A stretch of 63,974 nt of DNA, filler included, from Intoshia linei (lineage: Eukaryota > Animalia > Orthonectida), in assembly GCA_001642005.1 (NCBI GenBank). It is 8 parts of 8 records of this genome, joined end to end, with 100 filler letters (N's around TTAATTAATTAA, not from the genome) between each part and the next. Parts side by side here need not be neighbours in the genome. Positions count along the whole stretch, not along the records: positions 15,881 to 27,031 come from LWCA01001213.1; positions 27,132 to 33,683 come from LWCA01001681.1; 6 more parts are not named here. One strand, given 5' to 3'. Below, one piece after another: positions 15,881-29,455 of the stretch (position 1 is its first letter; every line of letters begins with the position of its first letter). A model generated the notes under the pieces. It made no database searches. It had not been told where the DNA came from and worked only from the letters and a program-made list of their open reading frames with translations. The translations under genes were made by a program, and so were the position numbers.

Positions 15881-17658
15881 CAAGTAGATGCATGTAACAT
15901 TGGTATTGGAGCAGTTTTATTGCAAATCCAAAATGGTAACGAAACTACTACTGCATTTTATTTATTCAAATTATCTAAAACTGAGATGAATTATTCCACT
16001 GGCGAGAAAGAAGCGCTAGCATGTGTTTTAGCCATGCGCAAATGGCATAATTATGTATATGGACGTCATATTATTTTAAGAACTGATCATTTACCTCTTG
16101 TTCATTTAATGAAAACAGTAACGAAGGGCCATGTTGCTGCAAGAATCAAAAGATGGTCTATTTTTCTAAGAGAGTACAGTTACACATTGGAACATATTCC
16201 AGACAGAATGAGCGACGTTGCTGATTGTTTATTATGTTTGCCATGTGACCAAGAAGTGGAAAGAATTAATTTAAAATATGTCCATTTAATTGAAAATCTT
16301 CCGTATTTGAGTAAAAAGGAAATTGATGAAGCTATCGAGCAAGACGTGACAATTTCGAAGGTTAAATATTACCTTGTTAATGGTTGGCCAGCAAATAATT
16401 TGTAACTGAGAAATTAAGAAAGTTCTACGGTATAAAGCATGAATTGTACGTTAGTTAATGCGTGGAACTTCGTTAATTGTTCTACCTGTGATTTTACGTG
16501 AAAAATGTGTTAGCTTGGCACATATATCTCACATATGGAAAAACCAAAACGAAGCGTTTACTTCGTAAATATTTTTGATTCTCTTCAATGAATAAATGCA
16601 TTGACAATGAACTTGATAATTGTGTAGCTTGTACTACAAGTTATAAAATAGTTAAAACTTATAAAACAAAAATTGAACTAATTGAATTTCCTAAGTGACC
16701 TTGGGAAACAATAGGAATTGATTTAGTTGGGCCTATGTTTTACGTCCCTGAAGAAACGAGATATGGGCTAACGATCGTGGATCATTACACTAAATGGCCT
16801 GAATTTTATTTATTACTGGAAACATCCACAATCAATATAATACGTGTAATGAAAAAAGTTTTTTCTCGTGAGGGTATACCAAAGAAAATTATTTCAGATA
16901 ATGGACCTCAGTTCAAATCTGAATTATGGAGTAAATTTTTGAATCAAAATGGAATACAATCAGTTTATACTTCAAATTATCATCCTCAGACCAACGAATT
17001 GACGGTACGTTTAAATAAGACAATAAAGGAAAGGTTGAGGATTGGATATATGGAAAGTAAAGATACAAGGTCAGTGATCAATAATTTTAGAGCCACAGAT
17101 CATTCCACAACTGGGGTTTCGCCATCCCAAATGATTCATGGCCGAAACATAAAAATTCCACTAACTACGCAATTGAATGAAAATAGTTTGTCCACCTCAG
17201 AAGCTGACAATACAGCACGAACTAACGTTAGAAAATGACAGGAAAAAGTCATAAAAAATTAATAATTAATGATTGGGTGAGAACAATTAAACAGTCTTTT
17301 AAAGGATTCAATTTATCTAACCCCTTACAAATTGTAAGTTTAGTTAGACCTGGTGTGTATAAATTATCTGACAATACCATTTGGAATGGTGCCAGGTTAA
17401 CTAAGAGTAACAAAATTGCAATAAACAATGAAGATTGGTTAATGAATGAAGACAATGCTAGTGATGACTTTCCTCGAAAAATTTAAAATGAAATCAATAC
17501 AAAAAGAATCAGAAAATTGCCGTCTTATTTAAAGGATTATGTCCTCAATACACCATAACCTTCTTTTAGTGGTGGGAAAGATGTGGTATCCAAGACTATG
17601 ATTGTAAATTATTATAATAAAGTTATTGTAAACTTGACTTAAAATGCAAAACTATACA
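15881..17658 (+). mobile_element. Degenerate Ty3/gypsy retrotransposon, 3' part (RNase H, integrase, PPT, candidate 3' LTR)
   Basis: VDACNIGIGAVL, YSTGEKEALA, TDHLPL, IVDHYTKWPE, ISDNGPQF and C-terminal RKLPSYLKDYV, with several stops and frameshifts. Purine tract AGTGGTGGGAAAGA then TG at 17582. Confidence 0.93.
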
Positions 17659-17660
17659 TA

Positions 17661-17839
17661 CAGTTTATTTTTTTAAATTTGTTTCTAACTCAATTTTTTT
17701 GGATTTTATTAACGATTTAATTTCTCGAATTCTGGCTAAATAGCCAATTAAAATTTTTTAAATTTTATTCAATTGCATAATCTGCATTTCATAACATCCA
17801 AAAAAATTGAGTTAGAAACAAATTTAAAAAAATAAACTG
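17661..17839. mobile_element. Tc1/mariner-type MITE
   Basis: About 44-nt near-perfect TIR CAGTTTATTTTTTTAAATTTGTTTCTAACTCAATTTTTTTGGAT, with TA on both sides. Confidence 0.85.
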
Positions 17840-19491
17840 TATTCCTAAACATGGAGAACAATATTATAAAGTCGGTACCACGTTTAAAAGTTCAAACGCC
17901 AATTTCTGTTAAAATGAAGTTCAGTTTGAATTTCTCCATAATATTTTTACAGTGATATTTAAAACGTGCACCGCGAATTCAATATTAATTATTTCTATAC
18001 AATTTAAACGGCATTCTTTAAATGAAATAATTTTAATTGACAATTTTGCTACACGTTTTAATTTAAAAAAAAGTTGACACCCTAACGGACATATGGATGA
18101 TGAAATATTAATGAAGGCAAATTCCTAACTGTTGGACCCATACAAGTTGTATCATAATGATAGATTTAAAAACGTTTGTTGCATCATATGTATATTTTTT
18201 GACTGCTAGCTATTCTACCATATAATTCAGATCTAAATAGCAACCTTTCCACTTCTATTAAAAAAATTCATTTATACTATTTCTCAGATTCTTTACGGAA
18301 TGAAGTAACGGCAGTACCATAAATACTTTCAAATGCATACAAAAATTAGATCGGTTACATGCATTGACGGTAAATTAGATAATGACACCGTTAATCGACT
18401 TGAAATTAATAATAAATTTCAGTTCAAAATATTATGGATATTTTTAAATTGCAGAGCAGGCCGATGTTTTTATAATAATATAAAAAACACACCGCAGATG
18501 TGATTTTTATTGCATGTCTCATACCGTACAGCCCTGTATTTTTTTAATTTCTAAAATTCGATTAAAAACTTAACACCGTAATAACCATACTAATGTAAGA
18601 AACACTGCATTATACCCTAATGATTAGAGTGTTACATCTTTTTTAAATTATGACAATCTGAAAGACGAGTATGTAGGTGGGGGTATTTTTGAATGCTGAT
18701 CAAAATTTAAAAAACTTATGTCGGGTACTGTATATATAGTAAAAACAGTAGTTAGCTCTGCCGAAAGTGCACGTTTCTATATACTTTTAACTACGAGGTT
18801 CGATTAATAATCAAAAACTTCAAAAAATCATCAACACTTTATTTAACATCTTTCAAAAATAGGTTGTTTATTTGAAATCGTATTTATTGATAATTTCTGC
18901 AATAAACATAACATTGATGGATTGATTTTTCTTAATTGATTTGTTAATAAATTGTAGTCAAATAATTACAAAGTGTTAAATATTGGTCAAATTTCAGCAG
19001 ATCATAATTAAAAATGTATTGATCTCATGTTTAGAGTATTGATAAAAAGACTGCAAATCTAATTATAAATAGGCCATTATAAAATATAACAAAAATCAAA
19101 AGATGGTAGCCTGTTTATAAAGTTCGACTTAAATGATAATCCATTATTGACCTATTTGTAAATAGTGTAATGCATGAATTACGTTGAATTATTTTGTTAA
19201 ACATTCATTCATCGTGAAATTGCAAAAAATTAAATATTTAAAATATCCAAAACGATCTATAGAAAACAAAAAGGTGCATATCTTTATGTTTTGAATTCCT
19301 AGCAACATAAATTATTGAATAAAATTATAAATTTTAAACTAGTCTAGATATATGCAATATTTGAATTGAACCTTGGTACATTAGTGTACAGTATATTACT
19401 ATTATTTATGTAGATTTTATCAATTTTGAATACTAGGACATTCATTACATTTTATACAATTTTACCTATTTTAAAGAAATTATAAATAACT

Positions 19492-22400
19492 ATGCACGGA
19501 ATAAAAAAGTCATTAAATAAAGTGAATCAGGTTGTATATTTTTATATTTTAATAATTAATAAATTAGTATGTGAATGAAAAGATTGGAACATCTAAACCT
19601 ACCGCTTATGATGAAACCTACATTCAAATGGAAAAGGTTGTAGAGTCAATTTTTATATAACCAAACATTATTTAGGATGTTGATCAACTAATAAAAATGT
19701 TTTATGATTTATCTTCTAAAATTGGAGATATTTTACAGCCAAATCCACGTAATTTATATCAGTTTACTTTTGTAACGTTTTTTAGATGTTAGAGCTAAAA
19801 TGGCAGCTTATTCTCATTTAGCTAAAATTCGTGGTGACACGAATTCAGAAAGTTATCAGCATACGACGAAATCTTTGGCAAATAGTCTTATCCGCGAATC
19901 TAATACTTTTAATAAATGCACTCTATTTAGTAATTATTATTAGTGGTATTTTGTTAATATATCAAAGGTGAAGCTTTACGGGAAACGGGACAATCGTTTG
20001 GAGATATAGCACAATATAATCAGGAATTTGATCATACCGTTAAGACGAAAGTTTTGGAAGTTATAGATTCGATTATGAAAGGAAAAATAGCAACTTCAGT
20101 GGTATTCAATTATTTTCATTTTATATTCCTAGAAATTGAGAAGGAAAGTTCATAGTAATCGTTTAATGTATGATTCCAGAAAGCGTAAAGATGAAAGTAA
20201 TATTCATATACCAAATTAATTTTTTATATACGTGGATAATTCATGTTTGGGATTCAAGAGTATATTTATGTGTAACTCATTTTATTTAAGTGAATCTGGT
20301 TTTAGATAATTGCGATATAGAAACCTTGCCTTATTTCAGAATTATTATACAGTACTACATTACTGTAGTGTGGCTTGGTTTTTTAAAACTCTTTACTATA
20401 TCTAACTTTTGATTGTATTCTAGTCTCGAAATTCGGTGTTTATTTTTTATATTTAAAATATTTTTATTGCAAGATTTTAATGTTGCTGTTTTATTCTAAT
20501 GAATATTGTAACAATGTGTGATTGGGACATGCGCTGTATCCCCTGATATTAAGGATATTATATAAGACTCAAATGTTTAAATATTACAATAAAACATGTT
20601 TAAAATTTTATTTTATATTATAGAGTCTATTAAAACAACACAAGCCCATACCAAATTCCGGGATTCTCTATCCAAATCAAAAAAACAAATGTATAATGTA
20701 GTTTATAAATCACAGGTAGTAATTGTTTGCTATATAATTATTTAATGTTTTTTAAATTTTGAAACGTCTAATTAATTGTAAACAAATTTATTTACATCAA
20801 AAATGATTTGATCATTTAACACTGCATAATTGTACTGTGTGCTAACATTTGAAATTTGTTAGAATTTCTATATTTTCGAAAAACTGCACATGAAGTATAT
20901 AACATGCATAGTGTTAAAAATATGTACCTTAATAAGTAAAAAATAAATCAAAATTAATTAAATCCATTAATACTTGATATATTATCGTTGTTGTAGTGTA
21001 TGTAGTGTATATTTGAATTCCTTTATTATATATTGAAGTTCGTCTATTTTATTACTATATTTTCTCTTGCTTATTTATCAAGTTATTTTGCAAATATCTA
21101 AAAATTTTATTTAAATTGTGAATTCGTGATTAAAATTTAATTTTTATATGTTACCTTTAAATCTATATTTGTATTATTATATTGTTAATTTGATATAATG
21201 CTAATATTTTTTAATTTATGTACAATAGGGTGTCAGATTTTTTCGAAAATTTTAGAATTTGATGGATGGTTAGCACTAACTGAGCGTATTTTTAAAAAAG
21301 AAACTATAACATAATCAAAAACCCCTAACGATAGATAGATAACCCGTTCGCTGTGCGTTTAACATTTTAAATAAACCATTACAAATCTTACAGTAAAATT
21401 AAAATATAACTTTATTTTTTTTAAAACAGCTTTATAGTGAATTGTCATGGTTTGCAGAGTATTATGTTCAGTAATTTTATCAAACATTTATTGTTTTTCA
21501 AACACGAAATTGTATATTTTGATTAATTCAACTAACTTTTATTTTAAAATTTATCCCCTTCATTTTTGAAAAGAATTTATCAATTTTAATAATGGAAAAT
21601 TGTTAAATTTCTCTTGTAATAATGAATAACTTAATTCTATTGAGATTAAATTTAAATTAATATTTATTTAAGAACTTAGTTACACTTTAGAATCGTTCTC
21701 ATCTCAAGTAATTTGAGGCTGATATGATTTGAATTAATTTTAAGTTACAATATAATTTCTGTTGACTTGGTTGATAATGTAATTAGATCGATGTATATTG
21801 ATATTGATTATATTGTTACTGGTCCCTTTTAAGACAATTCGTAATCCTTAAAATGATAAGGTTTCCGAGTTTGTCTGACTGACTTACGTGTGTAGGCTGG
21901 TTGATTTTTAAATTTGCGAGGTAAGTTTGGTATGAATTTGGCAACATGACAGTTTTGATTTTTTAGGAACTAGGCGGTCATAGTTTTTTCATTTTATCAA
22001 TATATTTGTTGTTTGTTTTCTTTATTTTGTTTGTATCAATTGAATATTTTTGATTGAGGTTGTGGACTGGCATTCTTAACGATTTTTGGAATAAGATTTC
22101 AGATGGTCCATATCCAGTTTTTGGTGAGATACAGTTGCGTATTGATAGTAAGAAAAGTGGTAAAAGAAGGTCCCAGTTGTCTTTATTTTCATTACAGTTG
22201 GTCCTAATTTTATTTCTAAATGTTCGATTTAGGCGTTCGACTGATCCCGTGATCTTGTAATTGTACGCAGACGAGAAAGTATGCTTGAAACCGCACGATT
22301 CAGATAGATTGTTGATTCAAATTGCCTGCCGTGATCTGTGTGAATTGTTTTTGGTACTCCATACCGGCATATTATATTCATTATAGTGTCAGCTGCTGTT

Positions 22401-24951
22401 TCCGCTGTGATGTTGTCGATGGCTATCGTTTCAGACCACTCAGTATGGTGGTCTATCATTGATATAATATATTTTTTTCCGTTCTCTGTCTCTTCAATTG
22501 GACCAAGAAAGTCTACTTGCCACATATCGTTAAATTTGTGGGTATATATGGGTTTTAGAGGGTGAGTACGTAATTGGCATCCTGATTTTCACGTGTTACA
22601 AGCTTCACATTTCTGTATCCATGTTTGAATTTCAATTGTCATTTTAGGCCAGAAATAGTGAATTTTTTATGTTTTGAAGGGTTTTTTGTATTCCTGGATG
22701 ATTGCTGATTTTGTCATTGTGCAAAAATTTTATGATTTCAATAGTTTTGTGTCGAGGAATTATTAATTTCAATGTATGTTGTTGTTTGTGGTATAGCAAA
22801 TTATCCGTAATAATGATGTGGTTGATAAATGGTAATAATGAATTACTATTGTTTATTTTTGGTATATTGTTGATGTTTTTCATAATTTCGATGTGGTCTT
22901 TATCTTGTTCTTGAGCTTTTTTTAACTGGAATGTCATCGGATGAATATATGTGATTTATATGTTGTGGTTGAGATATTCGTGAGAGCATGTCAGCAGTTA
23001 TGTTGTCTTTTCCTGGTTTATACTTGATTGTTATGTCGTAGTCTTGTAGAATTTGAGTGTATTTAAAATGTCGTTTTGTCAGATGTTTTGATTTCATTAT
23101 GTGAGTGAGAGGTTTATGATCGGTGAATGCTATATATGACTTTCATAATAGATAGTGTTTGAAATGTTGCGATGCCCATGTTATAGCTAGGTATTCTTTG
23201 TCTATAGTACTATGCCTAATTTGAGCATCATTTAGTTGTTTACTCGCGAATTGAATAGGATGATTATTTTGCATCAATACCGCGCCGATTGCATACTCGA
23301 ATTCGTCACATTCTATGCTAAATTCTTCGTTGGGGTTTGGTAATTTCAATATCGGTGCTGATGAAAGATATATTGTTACTATAGTGATTAACACAATACT
23401 CTGTAAACTATGACAATTCACTATAAAGCGTTATAAAAAATATAGTTATATTTTAATTTTACTATAAGATTTGTAATGATTTATTTAAAATGTTAAACGC
23501 ACAGCGAGTAGATATCTTTGTCAAATAAAATTGTATATTAATTGGTTTTTCCCTAAAATACACCATTTGCACGCTAACCATCCTTGATTCTTAGATGGGT
23601 GTTGTAGTATTTTAAACAGTTTAATTTAACAGAAGCTACAACATAGTAAATTATATATTCTTTTAGAGTTATTAATTACTTGATTGTAAGATTCTGGATT
23701 GATCGATATTAACTTTGTAAATTTAGATTTAGTTTAGTTTATTTATAGGTTGATATAGATACAGTATGAATATATTACTGGTGTGACACCCTATAATGTA
23801 AATTGTACATTAGGGTGTTAACACTGTTAACCTAGTTAACGAGAAAAATTTTTATATTTTTGCCATGAGTTCATTTTGTATTCTCTACAAGAATGTAAAA
23901 TCTCAGACTTCAATTGTTAACGTAACTTGCGCAAACCATAAAAAGTTACCTAGGGGTGTGAATTTTTTCACTATTTTTCGAAAATACAAAAGACCACCAC
24001 ATACGTGGAAGATGGGGTTGAATGATACACAATTATCAAAAAATTATATAAAAAGGACTAAAAAAAACTCTTGGCAAAGCACTTCAAAATATGAATAATG
24101 AGCAAAATTGAATTTATTTTGTATAGTAAATTTTATAGTAATAATTGATATAAAAATTCGTTCACACCCCTAACGTATACAGTATTCTCATACACAACAT
24201 TAATCAAAAAATTAACAGTGCAACTCTATAACTCGCCATTAATTTAAAATATAAACTAAAAGATTTATACCATTTTTTAAAATAAGTTAAGTTACTTTGT
24301 ATTAAATTTTACAATTACTATTACAGATAACATTTTATTGCAATTTAACCTGTAATTTAAAGGTTTTATCTGCTGTTTCAATAATTTTAAATTTTCTATT
24401 TACCCAATTTTTTCTAAATTTCAAGAATGGCGAGTTACTGTTACCAGAGAATACTGTATTTACAAAAAATAACAATTATAAATTTACAGATGTTGGTATA
24501 CTAGGGTATGAACCATATTAAATAATGATTTATAACGAAAATAAAACTAGTTATATTAAAAAATTATAATATAATAAAAAAGATAAGATATAAAAGATAA
24601 AGATGTATATTAATATAATAAACATATTCACTATTTTTTACTAAGTGATCTTTCTAAAAATATTTGTATACTGTTAGGGAAGTGGACAATATATTTTTTT
24701 ATAACCACTGCTATAATGTACATTGTACATTTATAAAATAATTTTAATCGTGTACGATGACGCTAAAATACAGTTTGGCGGGAACTGGTGTACTGTGTGA
24801 ATATGTGTTTTATTTTTTTGCGACTAATTAATTGTTAATTCTAGTTTGAAAACATATCCATTCTTGAATCACTAGTTAATTCACAAATTGAATTGGAAAC
24901 CAATAGCCTTAATTCTTTAGAAAATTTATCAAAAAAATTAGCTGAAATTAA
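19492..24951 (+). CDS. Endophilin-A-like N-BAR protein, 5' part (SH3 exon not found before the gap)
   Basis: Exons 19492-19530, 19568-19636, 19676-19748, 19786-19929, 19968-20101, 20133-20196, 20624-20715, 24845-24951 splice in frame: MHGIKKSLNKVNQYVNEKIG..ILQPNPHVRAKM..AKIRG..RLMYDSRKRK..ENISILESLVNSQIE. Confidence 0.88.
21252..23594. mobile_element. Element with ~200-nt terminal inverted repeats enclosing a gypsy fragment
   Basis: About 21252-21470 is an imperfect inverted copy of about 23387-23594, e.g. CGCTGTGCGTTTAACATTTTAAATAAA and GGATGGTTAGC. Confidence 0.75.
21615..23372 (-). mobile_element. Degenerate Ty3/gypsy fragment (RNase H, integrase, candidate 3' LTR 21615-21820), antisense in an endophilin intron
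   Basis: APILKLP, YAIGAVLMQ, HSTIDKEYLAI, KPGKDNITADMLSR, HPGIQKT, WQVDFLGP, HTDHGRQFES and RKPYHFKDY. PPT-like AAAAGGGACC followed by AGTAAC...ATTACA. Confidence 0.92.
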
Positions 24952-25496
24952 GTAATTATACATTATTATAATAATTATATATGTCGCATTGAATCTAATG
25001 CAATGTATTATATATAACTGAAATGTACACATTTCATGTGTAAATCGTAGAATCTACATAACTTTTAATTGTTTATTAGTTAATCGTAAATTAATCTAAT
25101 TTGATGTTTGTTGAAATTTTAAATTATTGAAATAATTAATCATAAATGGGAAACCTCAAAAAAAATAATTTTCGCGATCAAAACCCCATATTACCATTTT
25201 TTTTTAAATGAAAACAGCCTTACAATTTTAAAAAAATACCGATGGTACAGTTGTATCATGTTAAGAAATACAAAAAAATTAAATCTGAATAAGTCACGCC
25301 TTTACGGTCAAAACAGTACATTAATATTCATTTTTTTTATTTCAAAACTATTTTATTAAAACAAAAAATTTGAAATAATTCATTGTTCTACAATTAAAAA
25401 AAGATTATTCTGATAGAGCTTATTCCATTTGATATAAAATCAAAATTTCAACCCCAGAAGTCTATGCATTCCCGGTGAAAAATAATTTTAATATGC

Positions 25497-25890
25497 AGTG
25501 CCGGTAAAAAGTCCTGGACCCTCCAACAGAATGACACATTTTGTTGAATAGCACAAAAACTATTCATGTTTTTTATTAAATTTTAATAACACCAATATAA
25601 GGAGGAATAAATGTAATAGTTTACTTAATTATGAAATATAATAAAAATTATTAATTATATTAAATTTTAATTAAAGAATTATTGCCAATAATGTTAGACA
25701 CAAAAGTCTTAGACTCCCTGAATTATAATTTTTTAGTGATTATAATTATTTTTGAAAGTCTGATGAAAATTATTGTTTAATATTTAGTATGTAGTTCATT
25801 TTATGTAACAATGGACTTGATTTTTCTTAGAATACTCTTGTATAGATTTTGTATATAATAGTTTGGTATTTTATTCCATTCATCTAATGC
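25497..25890 (-). mobile_element. Tc1-like transposon 3' end remnant
   Basis: Terminus CAGTGCCGGTAAAAAGTCCTGGACC with an internal repeat at about 25703. Minus-strand C-terminal remnant ending ..LHTKY*. Cut by a hAT end at 25890. Confidence 0.55.
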
Positions 25891-27131
25891 AGTGGTTCTT
25901 AACCTTTTTTGACCTATGCACCCCAAATATTGATCTTAATGACTGTGCACCCCTGATTAAAAATCAATTAATACAATATTAATTATAAATAAAGTCTTAA
26001 CTAGTTACTTAAATTAGACGGATACAATTTAAGAATTAAAGCTGATTTGGTCATAATAAATGTCGTGGCGAGCCAGCAGTAGGCCCGATCTCGATGGAAA
26101 GTATAGGCCCCTATAAAAAAATTTAAAAATAGACCTCTATACATTAATTAGTCGAACGTTCATTATCTAAAAATTAAAAATAATCATTGGAAATCGCATC
26201 TATTATTGAAATTATGATATACTTAAGAAATTTTTCATCAATAACTATTCATAAATTTAAAATGTAGGTCCTCATGATTGTAGACACAGGACATTTGACC
26301 CTCTCCACGACCCTGTCTGTACTTACTTCAAACCTTTATAAAAATGAAAACGTGTCAACTATCATATCGACTAAAAGCTTTGTAAGTACTACTGCAGTAT
26401 CCAGTAGATATATTATCTATTTTCCATTGAAAAATGTCGGATAATGTAGTAGCCTTGGTCATACCACCAAATTCATTAATCAAAAATAGACTATTCAAAT
26501 ATAATGTTAAGCACTCAGAAAATAGACGAATTAAGTATTAGCGGAAAACTTTTGCATAACAATTGAACAAATTTATTTACATAAATTTTAATGGGATTGT
26601 TATTGTTGATTTAAAATGAGAAGTAAGCTAAATCTTCACATTGTTTTTGATAGGCTCACTCGCATACCGGCACGGTCATCTAATTTATTTTCTTTATATT
26701 TTTTTTAATTTAATAGAATAGAAAATCGAGCCTCACAAAACTATGTTGTAACAAAGTAATAATTACTTCAAAGACAATTTCAGTCACAAACGGATAGATA
26801 TTAAGCATATTACACCAAAAATCACCAAATATCACATTTAAAGCTATCATAGTTATATATAATATATTTCCCAAAGGGCCACTAGACAAATCAAGGGACT
26901 ATGTAAAAATGTTTCTATTGGGGGCTAAAGTAAATTATTGGACCCACAAAAAATTTTATATATATTTTAATGTATTGATATATAATTTATTTCGAATACA
27001 TCAATTCTCTTGTAGTTTTATTTAATGACTCNNNNNNNNNNNNNNNNNNNNNNNNNNNNNNNNNNNNNNNNNNNNTTAATTAATTAANNNNNNNNNNNNN
27101 NNNNNNNNNNNNNNNNNNNNNNNNNNNNNNN

Positions 27132-27607
27132 CAGCGGTTGACCAATGCTATTGAATAGTTTTTTATATAGATATTGTTTAATTTAAATAAAGGTATGTCG
27201 GCAGAAAGAAATGACACAGTTAGATTCTTTACAAAATCAATTAATATACCAAATTTACTGATAAGGGGATGAATTTGGATTAATGTTATCATTATGTTTT
27301 GGACATTTTCGATGGCTATCCACATAATACCTTTTTGTATGATTAACAGTAGTATCACAGATAATACAGTGTAAATTACCTTCAACGTTTTTGAACTCAT
27401 CGGAGTATTACGTTTAATATTTGTATGTAATATTTAACTTTTTGTACTTTATTTTTAAAATTCTGACTTTTTGGACCTTTAGGACTTTTATAAAATTATA
27501 TAATATTAATTATATTTTTAATTGGCATAATATTAATATCATGATACTCGTAAAGATTTTTTAATTAATTTGTGAAATTTTGACTTTTTGGAATTATACT
27601 TGCCCTA
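27132..27607 (-). mobile_element. hAT (CGGBP-like transposase) element, left end
   Basis: FVKNLTVSFLSADIPLFKLNN. Terminus TAGGGCAAG is shared with 51526 and, inverted, with 43833. Confidence 0.65.
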
Positions 27608-27832
27608 GTCATTACACTCCAGTCAAGTTTAGAAATTAATTTATGCGCCTTACAACTCACACTGTTGTCTATTCCAATGTGGGGATTCTGATTTCATAAA
27701 AATACTATGATCCGCATGGTAATGTAATATTACTGTGAATATAATTGGTGAACTTTAGAAAAATGAAAATTGAAAATTTTGACTTGGTGATATTATACTA
27801 TATATTGTATAAAACTTTAGTGAAGATAAATA

Positions 27833-28174
27833 ATGAGTAGATTAATTCAATTTTCACATTTGGCTAGGCCGCTGTTGATAAAGAGAGCAATGTCTGAAGC
27901 AAATCGAGCCGAAAGAATGGAGAAAATATATGCAACGTACGATTATCTACCGGTTCCAAATGTGCCTTGGGAAAGTATTCATGGACCAAGAAAACGAAAA
28001 AATTATGCTGTTCTCGCTTTCGGGGCAACATTGTTCGTCAGTTCATTTATTTTTTGCTTATATACAGAGCTGATACCTCACAGAGAACTCTATTTCCCAA
28101 TCAGTCGTTCTATTCAATCTAAAATTGATCCATATTCACAATCACCATTGTGGACGGATGAGGAAGACGATTAA
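27833..28174 (+). CDS. Deltameth_res (prag01)/COX7B-like small mitochondrial membrane protein, intronless
   Basis: 113-aa ORF with an Arg-rich presequence-like N-terminus, motif TYDYLPVPNVPWE..RKRKNYAVL and one TM helix. AATAAA about 15 nt after the stop. Confidence 0.75.
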   Translation: MSRLIQFSHLARPLLIKRAMSEANRAERMEKIYATYDYLPVPNVPWESIHGPRKRKNYAVLAFGATLFVSSFIFCLYTELIPHRELYFPISRSIQSKIDPYSQSPLWTDEEDD

Positions 28175-29455
28175 GACTGTAGTTTGAAATAAATTATCCT
28201 ATAAATTCATGTTCGGTATATTAATTTTTTAATCGAATCTCTTCAACTGGCGTCTTCGCCGACAGTTTTAATTAGATTATATTTTCTGTTTTTATTTTAC
28301 ATAACCGACTTTATTATTATACTACTTTTACAAATTGATTCATATCAATACATGTACTTTAAACGGTAAATGCGTACACGTGAAGGTCATTCTACGATTT
28401 TAGGTTTATTATAGTCTAAGACAGTAATTCATAAACTTTTTCTACCATGGACACTTGTCACAAAAATTCACCTTAATTTTGAACACGTCACTAAGGTAAT
28501 ATTTATATTTTATATTATATATGTTACAGGCAGTTTACCTTTTTTTTGAGATGTATTTGATAAAAATAGAAGATCGGAGATGTGCTTCGTACCTGAGACA
28601 AGGCATTCCGTAAAATGCACAAAATTGTTAATAGAGTATTTTATTTGTGTGTCCATATTATGAATAAATTCCTACCGACTACAAAAATTTTCAACTTTAA
28701 CCATACCCCAAAAATTATTCTGTTGACCCATATTAATTTAATTTCTCGTGTTGTCTCAAACGTTTCCTGTGTACTCGAAAGAAGGACCTCATGATCTCTA
28801 ATATTTAAACTTTACCGACTTTTTTATTACTGTTAATTTACCGAATAAAATACTTTACCTTATATTTTTTTGTTGTTGGTGTTCAAGTGCACCCATCGGA
28901 CAAAAGTTTGAGAAACACTGTCTTAGAGTGACATAATATTGAGTTTTTTAATTAATTATATTATTTATTTATGGACCAAATTTTTGTGAATTTTTTAATG
29001 GAAAATTTTTTTGCCAAAATTTTTAATGATTTTAAAAATAATTTTTGTTTGACAATAGTTTACTTTTTAAGTCAACCGGATAATAAAATTTAAAAAATTT
29101 ACCCTAAAACATCCATAAAAATTTCACTTAAAAATTTTTTTCAAAAATCTTAAAAATTGTGTGAAAAATGGCCCTATAAAACCTCTACGAAATTTTATCC
29201 TAACATTATTTTTAAAATGTTTAAAAATTGATGAAACTATTAACTATTAGTAAATAAAAAAATTTTCTTTTTAACAAACCCACAAAAATTTAATAATAAG
29301 AATTAAGTCAAAAATTACTACTTCTACATTGTAGAAGATTGTGATATATTAAGATAAAGATTTATCGCTTTAACAATACGTCACTCAACTCAATGTTCGC
29401 CAGCCACGACGTTATGTATATTTTATCATATTATAACTAATTAAAATTTAATTAC

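Noticed and set aside
17850-18460. Coding-looking stretch, possibly a decayed transposase (AVHVLNITVK on the minus strand)
   Set aside because: Frames are interrupted by stops and the similarity is too weak to call.
20515-20552. Intronic C/D-box snoRNA candidate
   Set aside because: Too short (about 35 nt) and the C box is imperfect.
24841-25032. Minus-strand 63-aa ORF as a terminal exon
   Set aside because: It is the antisense shadow of endophilin exon 24845-24951.
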